Source: Methanosarcinales archaeon
Lineage (GTDB): Archaea > Halobacteriota > Syntropharchaeia > Alkanophagales > Methanospirareceae
Direction: 5' to 3'
DNA: 48,012 nt
Assembly (NCBI GenBank): GCA_025464325.1
Contig: JAODGH010000032.1
Coordinates: 1-48,012 of the forward strand
The notes beneath the pieces are model-generated. The model saw nothing but the letters and a program-made list of their open reading frames with translations. It was not told the origin of the DNA and made no database searches. Of this stretch, positions 1 to 8,893 are shown in pieces. A program made the translations under genes and the position numbers. How positions within the stretch are numbered: position 1 is the stretch's first letter; each line of letters starts with the position of its first letter.

Positions 1-130
1 CCTTCTTTTCGAGAAGTCATACGTCCTCGACTTTAGCTGATATTACACGGCTGTAATAAGCTTTTCTTATAGAGACTAACAAATACCAGTAAAAAATTAC
101 GGAATGCCATGCTGGAGCGCATATAACCAC

Positions 131-691
131 TCATTTTTGGGCATCGTCTTCCGTTCGATCAAATATAACCGAAGCTTTATTTAGCAGCTCTCTCCATTCT
201 GGTATTCGTACGATTATAAATATAAAAATACACAGGCTTATTAACCAATTGGCTGGTAAATTCAGGCGATACGTTGTGATAAGCAGTACCAATAGGTAAA
301 TAACGAATAATTGAAAATCCGATCTTTTATATAGTCCTCTAAAATCGCTGATTCTAAATATCAAGCCCCAGACCACACATATAAAGAAAAATACTACAAC
401 AAAAAGAAAAAACAGACTCATCCTGTCTGGACTCACAATAGTGATGAGGTACCAGCATAGTAATATCGATATGTCAAAAATATAACCCAAAAAATATCTC
501 TTAGCACTAAGCTTAACCGATGAAATCTCAATGTGATAAGCCAGCCAATCATAGAAGACGATCAGTAACGCAAAAATCAGCATCAAATTCTTAGTTGTGC
601 AATTCAAAGAGAGTCTTGTTATTGCAGAGGATATTACCACAGCATATAAAATATCCGTGAATTCTATTTTGAGATGGGGTGTCTCTCTCAT
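131..691 (-). CDS. hypothetical multi-pass membrane protein
   Basis: 186-aa ORF with about 5 long hydrophobic stretches (e.g. LMLIFALLIVFYDWLAY, LFFLFVVVFFFICVVWGLIF). Its AT-rich codon usage differs from the neighbouring genes. I recognise no family. Confidence 0.45.
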   Translation of the reverse strand: MRETPHLKIEFTDILYAVVISSAITRLSLNCTTKNLMLIFALLIVFYDWLAYHIEISSVKLSAKRYFLGYIFDISILLCWYLITIVSPDRMSLFFLFVVVFFFICVVWGLIFRISDFRGLYKRSDFQLFVIYLLVLLITTYRLNLPANWLISLCIFIFIIVRIPEWRELLNKASVIFDRTEDDAQK

Positions 692-1218
692 TTTAACTCC
701 CTTCGCCTTTTTAGTATTATAAACACCATCGCCGCGATACCCCCTCCTCCGCCTTCGGATAGTAAAACTAATGAAATAGGTATCTATTCATTTTCTTAGG
801 TGGAGAACCTGAAATATATCCATTATAAATTCGTAGAGAAGTGGATAGCCAGGTTCTTGCGGTGTTGCAAATAGCCAGCGAGTTATCTGCGCCTGTGTTT
901 TTTCGAGTTGAATGATGCTGAAATAAAAGAGGTGAAGGTAGCAGGTTGTTTATGGTGTTTATGGTGAACCCGCCTCACCGCTATGAGTCACATCGATTAA
1001 AAAACCAATTTCGAGTCCATGATCAATGACAAATCCCTCAACCGTTACTTTCTTCCACCAGTTCCAACCTGCAAGCCGCATCGAAGCATTCCACCGGAAA
1101 CATACGGGTGCGCGGGTACACGCCAGATATGTGTTACATAAGCCCATACCACCTGTGAACTAATGAAGCTACTGGATGTACTGAATACAAAACACATAAA
1201 AACGCCTGAAACATAATT

Positions 1219-2175
1219 ATGATAAGTTTGATGCAATACAGGAAGATCCAGGGTCTGGAGAAGATAAGAGAATGGGGCTTGCCATATCCGCCGTATGCGG
1301 TGATAGACGCGGAACAGGCTACACCAGCCCGTATAGAATCAATCGTTAGGGCTATAGGGATACCGGATATAGAGGGCGATCGGGTTGGCATCGTTATAAG
1401 GACAGATGGGGCAGGACGAGTGGGTGGGCGAAGTGATTTACACCTGATGGATATGAAAGAGATAATAAACTGGGCTTTGCGGTTACGAGAGAGGAACAGA
1501 CCGGGTCTCAAACTGATCATACAGCACGTGGTAGATGCGAAATGTTCGGGCGTATTGCTCAAAGGTTCGGAAGACCTGTCGGTCGAGGTGGTCCATGGCG
1601 ATGCTCCCTCACTACTGGAAGGCAGAACGCGGGATATTGAACGCTGGGCGTATATGGGCTCGTGGAGGAAGGAGAACGAAATAGAAGGGATACTCAACGA
1701 AGGAGATCTTGCGTTATTATTGGAATATTCGCGTCTTGTACCCGATTATAGCTATCTGGAATGGTCGTTATCAAAAATCGGGAAGCTCTACTTCTATGAG
1801 TACATGGAGTGGAGTGGTGATCGAGAGCGGAAAGCAACATCGGGAGAAAGCATAAGAAAAACGATCATACACGGACTGAGTGCAAGTCCGGGTGTGGGTA
1901 CTGGCACCGTAAGAGTGGCATTGGACTCGTGGGCGATAAACCGAGTGCGAGAAGGGGATGTTCTCGTCATCAGGTATGCCGACCGGCATGTCATGCATGT
2001 CATCAATCGGATATCAGCTCTGGTCTGTGATGTCGGCGGACGGACGAGTCATGCTTCGATAATAGCGAGAGAATACGGAGTGCCATGTGTGATAAGCGAA
2101 AGAGCGACAAAAAGGCTGAGAGACGGCATGAAGGTTGTTGTTGATGGTTACAATGGCACCATATCTGTTCTTTAG
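1219..2175 (+). CDS. PEP-utilising-enzyme family protein: short ATP-grasp-like N-terminal region plus phosphohistidine swivel (mobile) domain, with no PEP/pyruvate TIM-barrel domain
   Basis: The C-terminal ~90 aa match the PEP-utilizers mobile domain, including the catalytic His motif GGRTSHASIIAREYGVPCV and the ending VVVDGYNGTISVL. The N-terminus resembles the PPDK_N/PpsA ATP-grasp (IIQHVVDAKCSGVLL, VEVVHGDAPSLLEG). Confidence 0.75.
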   Translation: MISLMQYRKIQGLEKIREWGLPYPPYAVIDAEQATPARIESIVRAIGIPDIEGDRVGIVIRTDGAGRVGGRSDLHLMDMKEIINWALRLRERNRPGLKLIIQHVVDAKCSGVLLKGSEDLSVEVVHGDAPSLLEGRTRDIERWAYMGSWRKENEIEGILNEGDLALLLEYSRLVPDYSYLEWSLSKIGKLYFYEYMEWSGDRERKATSGESIRKTIIHGLSASPGVGTGTVRVALDSWAINRVREGDVLVIRYADRHVMHVINRISALVCDVGGRTSHASIIAREYGVPCVISERATKRLRDGMKVVVDGYNGTISVL

Positions 2176-2305
2176 CTGTAGCTGGCGGGGCACTCACCTG
2201 CATTATCCCGGTGTGAGCACAGTACGTGAATCAGAATGAATGTATAATGATTTATTTTATATGGAAGTATATGCTTCTTTAGAGAAAGTTTTGTTTTGTA
2301 GAGAA

Positions 2306-3331
2306 ATGCTCAGGGAATATCTGGATAAGATAGTGGAAAGGAACGATCTGAGTGCTGAAGAAGCGAAGAGAGCGATGCACGTGATAATGGCGGGCGAAGC
2401 CGACAGGATACAGACTGCCGCGTTCCTCACCGCAATGCGTATGAAAGAGGAGACGGAAGAGGAGATAGCGGCATTTGCCGTTGCTATGCGGGATATGGCG
2501 TTGAAGATCGACCCGAAAGTTGATAAGAAGGTGGATGTATGTGGTACCGGCGGTGATGCGATAAAGACCTTCAACATATCCACCACTGCCGCGTTCATCA
2601 CTGCCTGTGTGGTGCCTGTCGCGAAACATGGCAACCGGTCGGTGACATCGAAATGTGGTAGTGCGGATGTCATGGAGGAGCTGGGAGTCAATCTGAAGTT
2701 ACCACCGGACAGGATCGAGGAATGCATAGAGAAGGTGGGTATCGGGTTCATGTTCGCACCATTGCATCATCCCGCGATGAAGAACGTTATGGAAGTGCGA
2801 CAGAAGCTGGGATTGCGGACGGTGTTCAATATACTGGGACCGTTGACCAATCCAGCGAATGCGACGCATCAACTGATGGGCGTTTACGATGCGGCATTGA
2901 CAGAGAAGATAGCGAAGGTGCTACGCATACTCGGATTGAAGAGAGCACTGGTCGTACATGGCGAACCGGGCATAGACGAGGTATCCATCGCCGGTAAGAC
3001 GAAGGTATCGCAGCTGGATGATGGAGAGATTGAGACATACTTTATAAGACCGGGGGATTTCGGATTGCGAATCGCAGCGCCGGCAGAGATTGCTGGTGGC
3101 AGCACAAGGGAGGAAGGTGCGAGGATGCTTAGAGACATTCTTGCCGGTAGAGAAGACGGTGCGAAACGGGATGTTGTTCTATTGAACGCAGCCTCAGCGA
3201 TATTTGCGGCAGAGGAAGCGGTAAGCATCTCAGAAGCGTTTGAAATTGCGAAGGATGTACTTGAATCGGGCAAAGCGGAAAAGAAGCTCGATGAGTTCAT
3301 TAATTTTACCACCAATAAGGGAGGTGATTGA
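2306..3331 (+). CDS. trpD: anthranilate phosphoribosyltransferase
   Basis: Motifs VCGTGGDAIKTFNISTTAAF, KHGNRSVTSKCGSADVMEELG and FMFAPLHHPAMK. The ORF is open from 2240, but 2240-2300 is AT-rich and contains a TATA-like tttattttatat, so the ATG at 2306 (MLREYLDKIV...) is the likelier start. Confidence 0.9.
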   Translation: MLREYLDKIVERNDLSAEEAKRAMHVIMAGEADRIQTAAFLTAMRMKEETEEEIAAFAVAMRDMALKIDPKVDKKVDVCGTGGDAIKTFNISTTAAFITACVVPVAKHGNRSVTSKCGSADVMEELGVNLKLPPDRIEECIEKVGIGFMFAPLHHPAMKNVMEVRQKLGLRTVFNILGPLTNPANATHQLMGVYDAALTEKIAKVLRILGLKRALVVHGEPGIDEVSIAGKTKVSQLDDGEIETYFIRPGDFGLRIAAPAEIAGGSTREEGARMLRDILAGREDGAKRDVVLLNAASAIFAAEEAVSISEAFEIAKDVLESGKAEKKLDEFINFTTNKGGD

Positions 3332-3332
3332 A

Positions 3333-3773
3333 TTGGATGATATAGATCGTTTGATACTCAGGGAACTTCAACAGGATTCTCGACGATCGTTTACTAAGAT
3401 AGCGCAGCAGGTAGGGGTGAGTACGGCGACGGTGAGTGAACGTGTGAGACGGTTGATGAGCAAGGGTATCATATGTGGCTATACGACCATCCTCAATACC
3501 ACGGAGATGGGTATGGTCACGCTAATTGCGAAGATAAAGACCAAGCAGGGGTACAGCGTGGAGGAGGTGGGAAGCGTGATAGCGGATATGGCGGAATGTT
3601 GCTGTGTTCATCACGTAACAGGCGAGTTTGACCTGCTTGTGATCTCTAAATGTGCGGGCTATGATAAGTGTGGTGACATAATAGAGGCGATAAAGAGGGT
3701 TGACGGTGTTGAGAGTGTGGAGGCAGAATTGGTTTTGAAGACGTTGAAAGAGGAGCTAAAGGTGCAGATGTGA
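3333..3773 (+). CDS. Lrp/AsnC-family transcriptional regulator
   Basis: HTH region DDIDRLILRELQQDSRRSFTKIAQQVGVSTATVSERVRRL followed by an AsnC-type ligand (RAM) domain. A TTG at 3333 lies 5 nt after the SD aagggaggtga, and a GTG at 3324 is the alternative start. It begins 2 nt after the trpD stop. Confidence 0.85.
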   Translation: MDDIDRLILRELQQDSRRSFTKIAQQVGVSTATVSERVRRLMSKGIICGYTTILNTTEMGMVTLIAKIKTKQGYSVEEVGSVIADMAECCCVHHVTGEFDLLVISKCAGYDKCGDIIEAIKRVDGVESVEAELVLKTLKEELKVQM

Positions 3774-4132
3774 AAATGGTAAGCGTATTTATTGAGGGTA
3801 CGCCCGCTAATTTGCGGATCGCAAAAGCGATTTGTGCGGATAATCGTGATAGAGACGCCAGCTATCTCTTTTTTGGGTTCCAGATACGACTAAAAGCAAA
3901 AGATAAACTCATTCTGTACCGTGCAAGTATAGAACGTGCAATTGAACGAGCGTTGAGTGAGGACGAGTGGCGGAGCGTTATGTGGAATCATACCGGGCGG
4001 ATAACCGGGATAGAACGTGACAAGATAGTGTTTGAGGATTCGGAAGAGACGAAGATGCTTGACGAGTACTGGGATAGGCGATTGAACGCGATAAAGGATA
4101 CGATGGATTTTTTAAATAGCGAATGTAAATGA
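3770..4132 (+). CDS. hypothetical protein (soluble, 120 aa)
   Basis: The ORF overlaps the lrp stop (GTG 3770 or ATG 3776) and has balanced, coding-like composition. I could not recall a family. Confidence 0.6.
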   Translation: MKMVSVFIEGTPANLRIAKAICADNRDRDASYLFFGFQIRLKAKDKLILYRASIERAIERALSEDEWRSVMWNHTGRITGIERDKIVFEDSEETKMLDEYWDRRLNAIKDTMDFLNSECK

Positions 4133-4138
4133 AGAAGC

Positions 4139-4585
4139 ATGGTAAAGATAGAGCACGTCTATTGGAAAGATAGAATAGGCGGGGAAATCGGGAAGGAGAC
4201 GGTAGAAGCCTTCAGTTACGGCTTCACAGTGGGACCGCATGGTGAATGGGAGATGGTGATAGCGAAGGAGGACAAAGAGGTGAAGAAGAATGATCTCGTA
4301 AACATAAAAATAGAAGAGATCGAAGTACCGCCCAGGTCAATAGTGTTACCATGCCCGTTAATGCGTCATGCATGCGGTATAGTAGCTTCGTTTGCAACAA
4401 TGGGTAAGCCGAAGAAGGTGGAAGGAGCGCGGGTACTTGAAGAGGTGTTGTTTCATCCAATAGTTGATGGTATGGTTCAGAAGGGGCAATTACTCGGTGT
4501 GGCAAACATATTCTATGCTGCGATAGAGCGGAGGCTTGCCCGGGGTGCAGCGGAGAGGTGGCTACGCGAAAGATACAGGTATTAG
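4139..4585 (+). CDS. hypothetical protein (148 aa)
   Basis: The ATG lies 6 nt after the preceding stop, and the 3' end overlaps the next gene. Cys/His-containing segment LPCPLMRHACGIV. No family recognised. Confidence 0.6.
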   Translation: MVKIEHVYWKDRIGGEIGKETVEAFSYGFTVGPHGEWEMVIAKEDKEVKKNDLVNIKIEEIEVPPRSIVLPCPLMRHACGIVASFATMGKPKKVEGARVLEEVLFHPIVDGMVQKGQLLGVANIFYAAIERRLARGAAERWLRERYRY

Positions 4586-5157
4586 CCTTTGTTGGCGCTC
4601 CTGCAGCGGGTAAGACCGAAGCGGCAGCGGTGGCACGGGAACTGGGCATTCCTGTGATAGTGATGGGCGACGTGATAAGGTCGGAACTGAAACGTCGCAA
4701 CATCCCGCTAAACGATGCCAATGCGGGTAGAATCGCGACCGAACTGCGGCTGAAGGACGGTATGGATGCGATTGCAAAGCGATGTATCCCGTATATAGAA
4801 GCGACTGGCAGCGACGTGGTTGTTATTGATGGCATACGGGGAATAGCGGAGGTGGAAACGTTTAAAGAACGATTTGGCGATGATTTCACTCTTGTTTGTA
4901 TACACGCATCACGCCCGATAAGGTATAGCAGGCTAAAAGCGCGCGGTAGAAGTGATGACACCCTGAGTCTCGAGGAGTTCAAGAAGCGCGAGGAACGGGA
5001 GATGGGATGGGGTATGGGCGAGGCAATGAGAGAAGCATCGATTGTAATTAAGAACGAGGGAGAACTGGAAGAGTTCAGGGCGCGGGTGAAGGAGCTATTG
5101 CTGGATGCTCTTCGTCGTACGACGGACAGCTTCATCACGAAAATCAATAATGGATAG
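4558..5157 (+). CDS. P-loop nucleotide/nucleoside kinase-like protein (archaeal UPF0200 / dephospho-CoA-kinase-like family)
   Basis: Walker A motif FVGAPAAGKTEAA at the N-terminus, a length of about 190 aa, and a GTG start preceded by ggagaggtg. The layout is typical of the small archaeal adenylate-kinase-like UPF0200 proteins. Confidence 0.7.
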   Translation: MATRKIQVLAFVGAPAAGKTEAAAVARELGIPVIVMGDVIRSELKRRNIPLNDANAGRIATELRLKDGMDAIAKRCIPYIEATGSDVVVIDGIRGIAEVETFKERFGDDFTLVCIHASRPIRYSRLKARGRSDDTLSLEEFKKREEREMGWGMGEAMREASIVIKNEGELEEFRARVKELLLDALRRTTDSFITKINNG

Positions 5158-5371
5158 AGGTAACACTTGCACATATTAACTAACCACGTCGTGTAAGCTA
5201 TTTCTTATTGAAGTGTATACTAATCGAGGTTTTTTGAGCACCCACAGATACCATTAGTCATACCGGTCATCCCCTTAGCTGTATATCCCTCTCCGCCTTG
5301 CAAATGCTCTGATCTGCCATTTGAATTGCTTTGTCAGAAATTAAGATTAGTTATGGGTTGAAACTGTGAAA

Positions 5372-5412
5372 TACCAAAAGCTTTTTACTATCTACCAAAA
5401 AGCTTTTATATA
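5372..5412 (+). promoter_or_regulatory. two copies of the palindrome-containing motif taccaaaa(a)gctttt spaced 21 bp apart, the second merging into a TATA box
   Basis: taccaaaagcttttta (5372-5387) and taccaaaaagcttttatata (5393-5412). The core aaaagctttt is self-complementary. They lie about 60 nt upstream of the ATG at 5471. Confidence 0.35.
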
Positions 5413-5470
5413 GTAACATCTTTCCATTAAGCATGGAGCAATTAAAAGACAAGGAGGTGGAAGTAAGAAG

Positions 5471-5701
5471 ATGATAAGTACGGTAACTACGACGACAGTT
5501 ACGGGAACATTGACGCATACGGCGATTTTTGGTGCTATCGGTATTACAGTGTTAATCTCGTTGCTTGTGGCAAAGGAGTTGCTAAACGCAAGTACGAACA
5601 GCAGAGCTTTGTTTCTCGGCAAGATTTCACTGGTTGCGATCTATCCGCTTCTATTCGCTTTCCTGACCATTATGGTCCTGAAAGTACTGGAAGCGATATA
5701 A
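5471..5701 (+). CDS. small membrane protein (76 aa, 2 TM, Thr-rich N-terminus)
   Basis: A strong SD (aaggaggtgg) lies 8 nt upstream of the ATG. There are two hydrophobic helices, and SRP19 follows after 7 nt. Confidence 0.5.
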   Translation: MISTVTTTTVTGTLTHTAIFGAIGITVLISLLVAKELLNASTNSRALFLGKISLVAIYPLLFAFLTIMVLKVLEAI

Positions 5702-5708
5702 TCGAATC

Positions 5709-6014
5709 GTGAAGAAGATAGTAATCTGGCCGGCTAATCTGGCGTCAGGGCGTACACGGAGTCAGGGGCGGGCAGTGCCGAGGAGGCTTAGCTTGAGGTC
5801 GCCAAAGGTCGAGGAGATAGAAGAGGTAGCATTAAGGCTCAATCTTCAGCCTGAGGTGGAGCGGGGCAAGGCGTACCCAAAAAGGCACTGGGACAAAAGT
5901 GGGAGAGTATTGGTGGCGAAGGTAGATCGTAAGGGTGCCATCTTGCGTGAAATCGCAGAAGGCATAAAGGAGCTGCGGATGCAGCAACAGAAGAGATCTA
6001 AGCATAAAGCTTGA
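5709..6014 (+). CDS. srp19: signal recognition particle protein SRP19
   Basis: N-terminus IVIWPANLASGRTRSQGRAVPRRL is the SRP19 signature (IWPxYxD...R..GRRVP). About 100 aa with a basic C-terminus and a GTG start. Confidence 0.9.
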   Translation: MKKIVIWPANLASGRTRSQGRAVPRRLSLRSPKVEEIEEVALRLNLQPEVERGKAYPKRHWDKSGRVLVAKVDRKGAILREIAEGIKELRMQQQKRSKHKA

Positions 6015-6043
6015 TTATTTTTATTTTTTATTTATTTATTTTC
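6015..6043 (+). terminator. oligo-T tract after srp19 (archaeal-type terminator), possibly doubling as a TATA region for the next gene
   Basis: ttatttttattttttatttatttatttt lies directly after the srp19 stop and ends 6 nt before the ATG at 6049. Confidence 0.4.
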
Positions 6044-6048
6044 ATCCG

Positions 6049-6708
6049 ATGATCGACCTGCATACGCATTCTATCTTCAGTGATGGTGAGTTGATACCGG
6101 GCGAGTTGGTAAGACGGGCGATATTTAATGGTTACGAAGCAATTGCAATCACAGATCATGTGGATTTTACGAATCTGGACTACGTGCTTGGTAGTCTAAA
6201 GAAGCTGAAGATGCAGAGCAATGATGATATAGAAGTACTTATCGGCGTCGAAATAACGCATGTGCCGGTGAGTAAAATAGATCGTGCAGTGAATAGAGCA
6301 CGTGAACTTGGTGCTGAATTGGTGGTTGTACACGGTGAGACCCTCGTGGAACCGGTAGCGAGCGGTACTAACAGAGCAGCAGTGGATAATCCCATGGTTG
6401 ACATCCTTGCGCATCCCGGACTGATAACGGAAGAGGAAGTAGAACTCGCGAAGGAGAACGGGGTCTATCTTGAGATTAGTTCGAGACAGGGGCATTGCCT
6501 TGCGAACGGGCACGTGGCACGCATATGTCACGAGCTTGGTGCCAGAATGCTGCTCAATACCGATTTGCATTCGCCGGATGATTTCCTCTGCGATGAACTT
6601 GCCATGAAGATACTCACGGGTGCCGGTCTTGATCCAGATACTGCGGAACGAGTGTTGCGGGTTTATCCTCGTGAGCTGGTAGATAGAGTGCTATCAGATT
6701 ATAGATAA
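6049..6708 (+). CDS. PHP-domain metal-dependent phosphoesterase (histidinol-phosphatase-related)
   Basis: N-terminal MIDLHTHSIFSDGE (HxH plus D) and later ITDH, VVHGE and LNTDLHS metal-ligand motifs typical of the PHP family. Confidence 0.8.
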   Translation: MIDLHTHSIFSDGELIPGELVRRAIFNGYEAIAITDHVDFTNLDYVLGSLKKLKMQSNDDIEVLIGVEITHVPVSKIDRAVNRARELGAELVVVHGETLVEPVASGTNRAAVDNPMVDILAHPGLITEEEVELAKENGVYLEISSRQGHCLANGHVARICHELGARMLLNTDLHSPDDFLCDELAMKILTGAGLDPDTAERVLRVYPRELVDRVLSDYR

Positions 6709-7373
6709 TTGGCGGCTTCTATAAACCGCTTTACCTTATCTGCATCTTTACGCCCGGGTTCACGTTCAACACCACTCGATACATCCACTGCGTACGGTCT
6801 GACCTTAGAAATCGCATCTGCAACATTCTCGGGCGTCAAACCACCAGCGAGTATTACCGGTGTGTCCACCGCTTCCACAATCGCTCTGCTTATGTTCCAG
6901 TCGTGTTTCTTTCCGGTCCCACCGATCTGCTTACCTGCGACAGTATCAAGCAGAATAGCGTCCACAATGTCTTCATACGCCTTTGCGTGTTCTATACACG
7001 CGTTTATGTCTCCGCGCACACCTATCTTCTTTATTATTCCAATGTGATCTGCCAGACTACTACGTACTTCCTCAACGAGTTCCACCGGTTCTTCACCATG
7101 TAGCTGTACGTAATTGGCACCGGTAGCTTCTATCATATCTATCTGTTCGCTCACATTCCCGGTATCCAGCACGACAACCAGAACCTTAGCCACGAATGGC
7201 GGTAGTGACCGGAATATGCGGTTGGCTTCATCCGGGCTCACGTAACGCGGTGTATTGGCAACATTTATTACACCGATAGCATCCGCACCCGCACGTGCAG
7301 CCAGAACGGCATCATTTATGTTCGTATTGCCGCATATCTTTACTTTTACGTTTACCGCCCGTCCTGCCAACAT
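6699..7373 (-). CDS. trpF: N-(5'-phosphoribosyl)anthranilate isomerase
   Basis: VKICGNTNINDAVLAARAGADAIGVI, YVQLHGEE, GGTGKKHDW, ILAGGLTPENV and DVSSGVE are PRAI motifs. Confidence 0.9.
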   Translation of the reverse strand: MLAGRAVNVKVKICGNTNINDAVLAARAGADAIGVINVANTPRYVSPDEANRIFRSLPPFVAKVLVVVLDTGNVSEQIDMIEATGANYVQLHGEEPVELVEEVRSSLADHIGIIKKIGVRGDINACIEHAKAYEDIVDAILLDTVAGKQIGGTGKKHDWNISRAIVEAVDTPVILAGGLTPENVADAISKVRPYAVDVSSGVEREPGRKDADKVKRFIEAANYL

Positions 7374-7397
7374 ACCAGCCCCCCTTTTGACGCATGC

Positions 7398-8639
7398 TCA
7401 TACAAATACGATCCGCTTCTCCGCACATTGATGATGCTTCTCGCTACGCCAATCGTTCACACGCATGTTCAGCATGCGCTGGTCAACGAATGCGAACCCA
7501 CCTCTCACAACCACCGGCAGTTCATCGCAGGAGAACACGGGTATGCCAGCTTCAAAGAACCGTTCAATTGCGAAATGCGACATCTCCTTGCCATATATGA
7601 CGGCGGACACACCCATATCCACCAGCAGTTCCGCGGTGTTACGACCGCCACCACTGCCATTTTCCAGGAATATCACGTCTCCTCGTTTGATACCGTATCT
7701 CCGATCCACCTCCAGAATCGCATCTCTGGTAAATGATTTTATCATTTTTATCTTCATCCCATTCTCTATCTTCGGCTCATTGCCACGCTTAAGTTCTTCT
7801 ATTATCCGTCTTAACCCTTCCATCTCTGCCGCTCTGGCGGTTAATTTGTTCCTCAATCGTTTTATCTCGCTATCCCGTTTCCTTATCGCCTCGGTCGTCT
7901 CTAACTCCCGTCTCATCTCTGATCGGAATGAAGCTATACGTGCACGCAATTTCTCTATCTCTCTCTTCTTCGCCTCGAGCTCTAACTCCAGAGCGGCGTT
8001 ATGCTCGCGAATAGCTTCTATCTCGCGCTCTTTCGCCTTAATTGTCCTGCGTAATAGCTGTATGTACGCTCTCACATCATCGTCAATATTCTCTACTTCG
8101 GCGGGTTTGCAATGCTCTTCCTCTGCCTCTGGTTCTGAACATTCGGACTCTCCGATCAATCTCTTGATTGCTGCACTTATGGATACACCTTTGATCACCA
8201 GTGCCTTCACCTCATCCACATCCACACCCGGTGGTGTCTTCTTACGTATCTGTGCGAATTTCTTCCTGTAATGCTTGAATGCATAGAGACACGCAGCCAG
8301 TGCGTCCCTCTCATGTACGTTTCGATAACTGTAACGCTCGTCCTTCGTCAATGCTATCTTATCCTCGACTGATAGTGATTCATTTAACTCATGAAGGTGT
8401 GAGGAAAAGACTTTGCTGATCCTCTTCACCATGGACGGTGTTGGTGAAACGTCAGAGGCTACAACCAGTGGAGTACCACATGATATTATCCTGCTCACGG
8501 CATCGGAGAAGGAACAATTCTTCGAACTGAATATCTCCACAGGATTACCATCGAGATCAACCATAGCAAGCCCGAGCGTGGTACCGGGATCAATACCAAC
8601 AATGGTGTATCGCTGTCCCTGCCGCTGTCGCGCTACCAT
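7398..8639 (-). CDS. DUF460 / COG2433-type protein (RNase H-fold, RuvC/YqgF-like N-domain, central coiled coil)
   Basis: N-terminus YTIVGIDPGTTLGLAMVDLDG is the RNase H-fold nuclease beta-strand-1 motif. It is followed by a long Glu/Arg/Lys coiled coil and a conserved C-terminal domain. Confidence 0.7.
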   Translation of the reverse strand: MVARQRQGQRYTIVGIDPGTTLGLAMVDLDGNPVEIFSSKNCSFSDAVSRIISCGTPLVVASDVSPTPSMVKRISKVFSSHLHELNESLSVEDKIALTKDERYSYRNVHERDALAACLYAFKHYRKKFAQIRKKTPPGVDVDEVKALVIKGVSISAAIKRLIGESECSEPEAEEEHCKPAEVENIDDDVRAYIQLLRRTIKAKEREIEAIREHNAALELELEAKKREIEKLRARIASFRSEMRRELETTEAIRKRDSEIKRLRNKLTARAAEMEGLRRIIEELKRGNEPKIENGMKIKMIKSFTRDAILEVDRRYGIKRGDVIFLENGSGGGRNTAELLVDMGVSAVIYGKEMSHFAIERFFEAGIPVFSCDELPVVVRGGFAFVDQRMLNMRVNDWRSEKHHQCAEKRIVFV

Positions 8640-8893
8640 CTGATTATTATGAAGCCTTTTAGGAATATAAAACTAACGGCTCTACAAAGGTTCTCAAAAA
8701 AACTCTTATCAGGCAGCAATATAATTCCATAGGGTCACCAGTGAAGGAGTATTTGTTCGTCGGGATCATCTGCTGATCAGGTATGAACTGCGAAACAAAG
8801 GACCGTGGAGCACAGATAAAGTGTAGTCTCATGGAATCCCCTTACCATATATACAAATAAATATATGTCATCATAGTAAAACAGAAATAATAG

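Noticed and set aside
959-1236. Two overlapping ~62-aa minus-strand ORFs in the 692-1218 gap.
   Set aside because: They are short and mutually overlapping, with Cys/Trp/His-rich composition and no RBS or family match that I can see. At most they are a gene fragment, as mentioned in the findings.
4224-5174. A 316-aa minus-strand ORF. Similar long antisense ORFs occur at 1134-1697, 2257-2751, 7465-8271, 14330-14893, 16323-16727, 24527-24967, 30596-31210, 34345-35001, 36362-36874, 38080-38661, 42018-42503 and 44497-45126.
   Set aside because: Each lies opposite a gene with strong family motifs and has Ser/Pro/Arg/Ile-rich, low-complexity composition with no recognisable motifs. They are typical shadow ORFs of the real genes.
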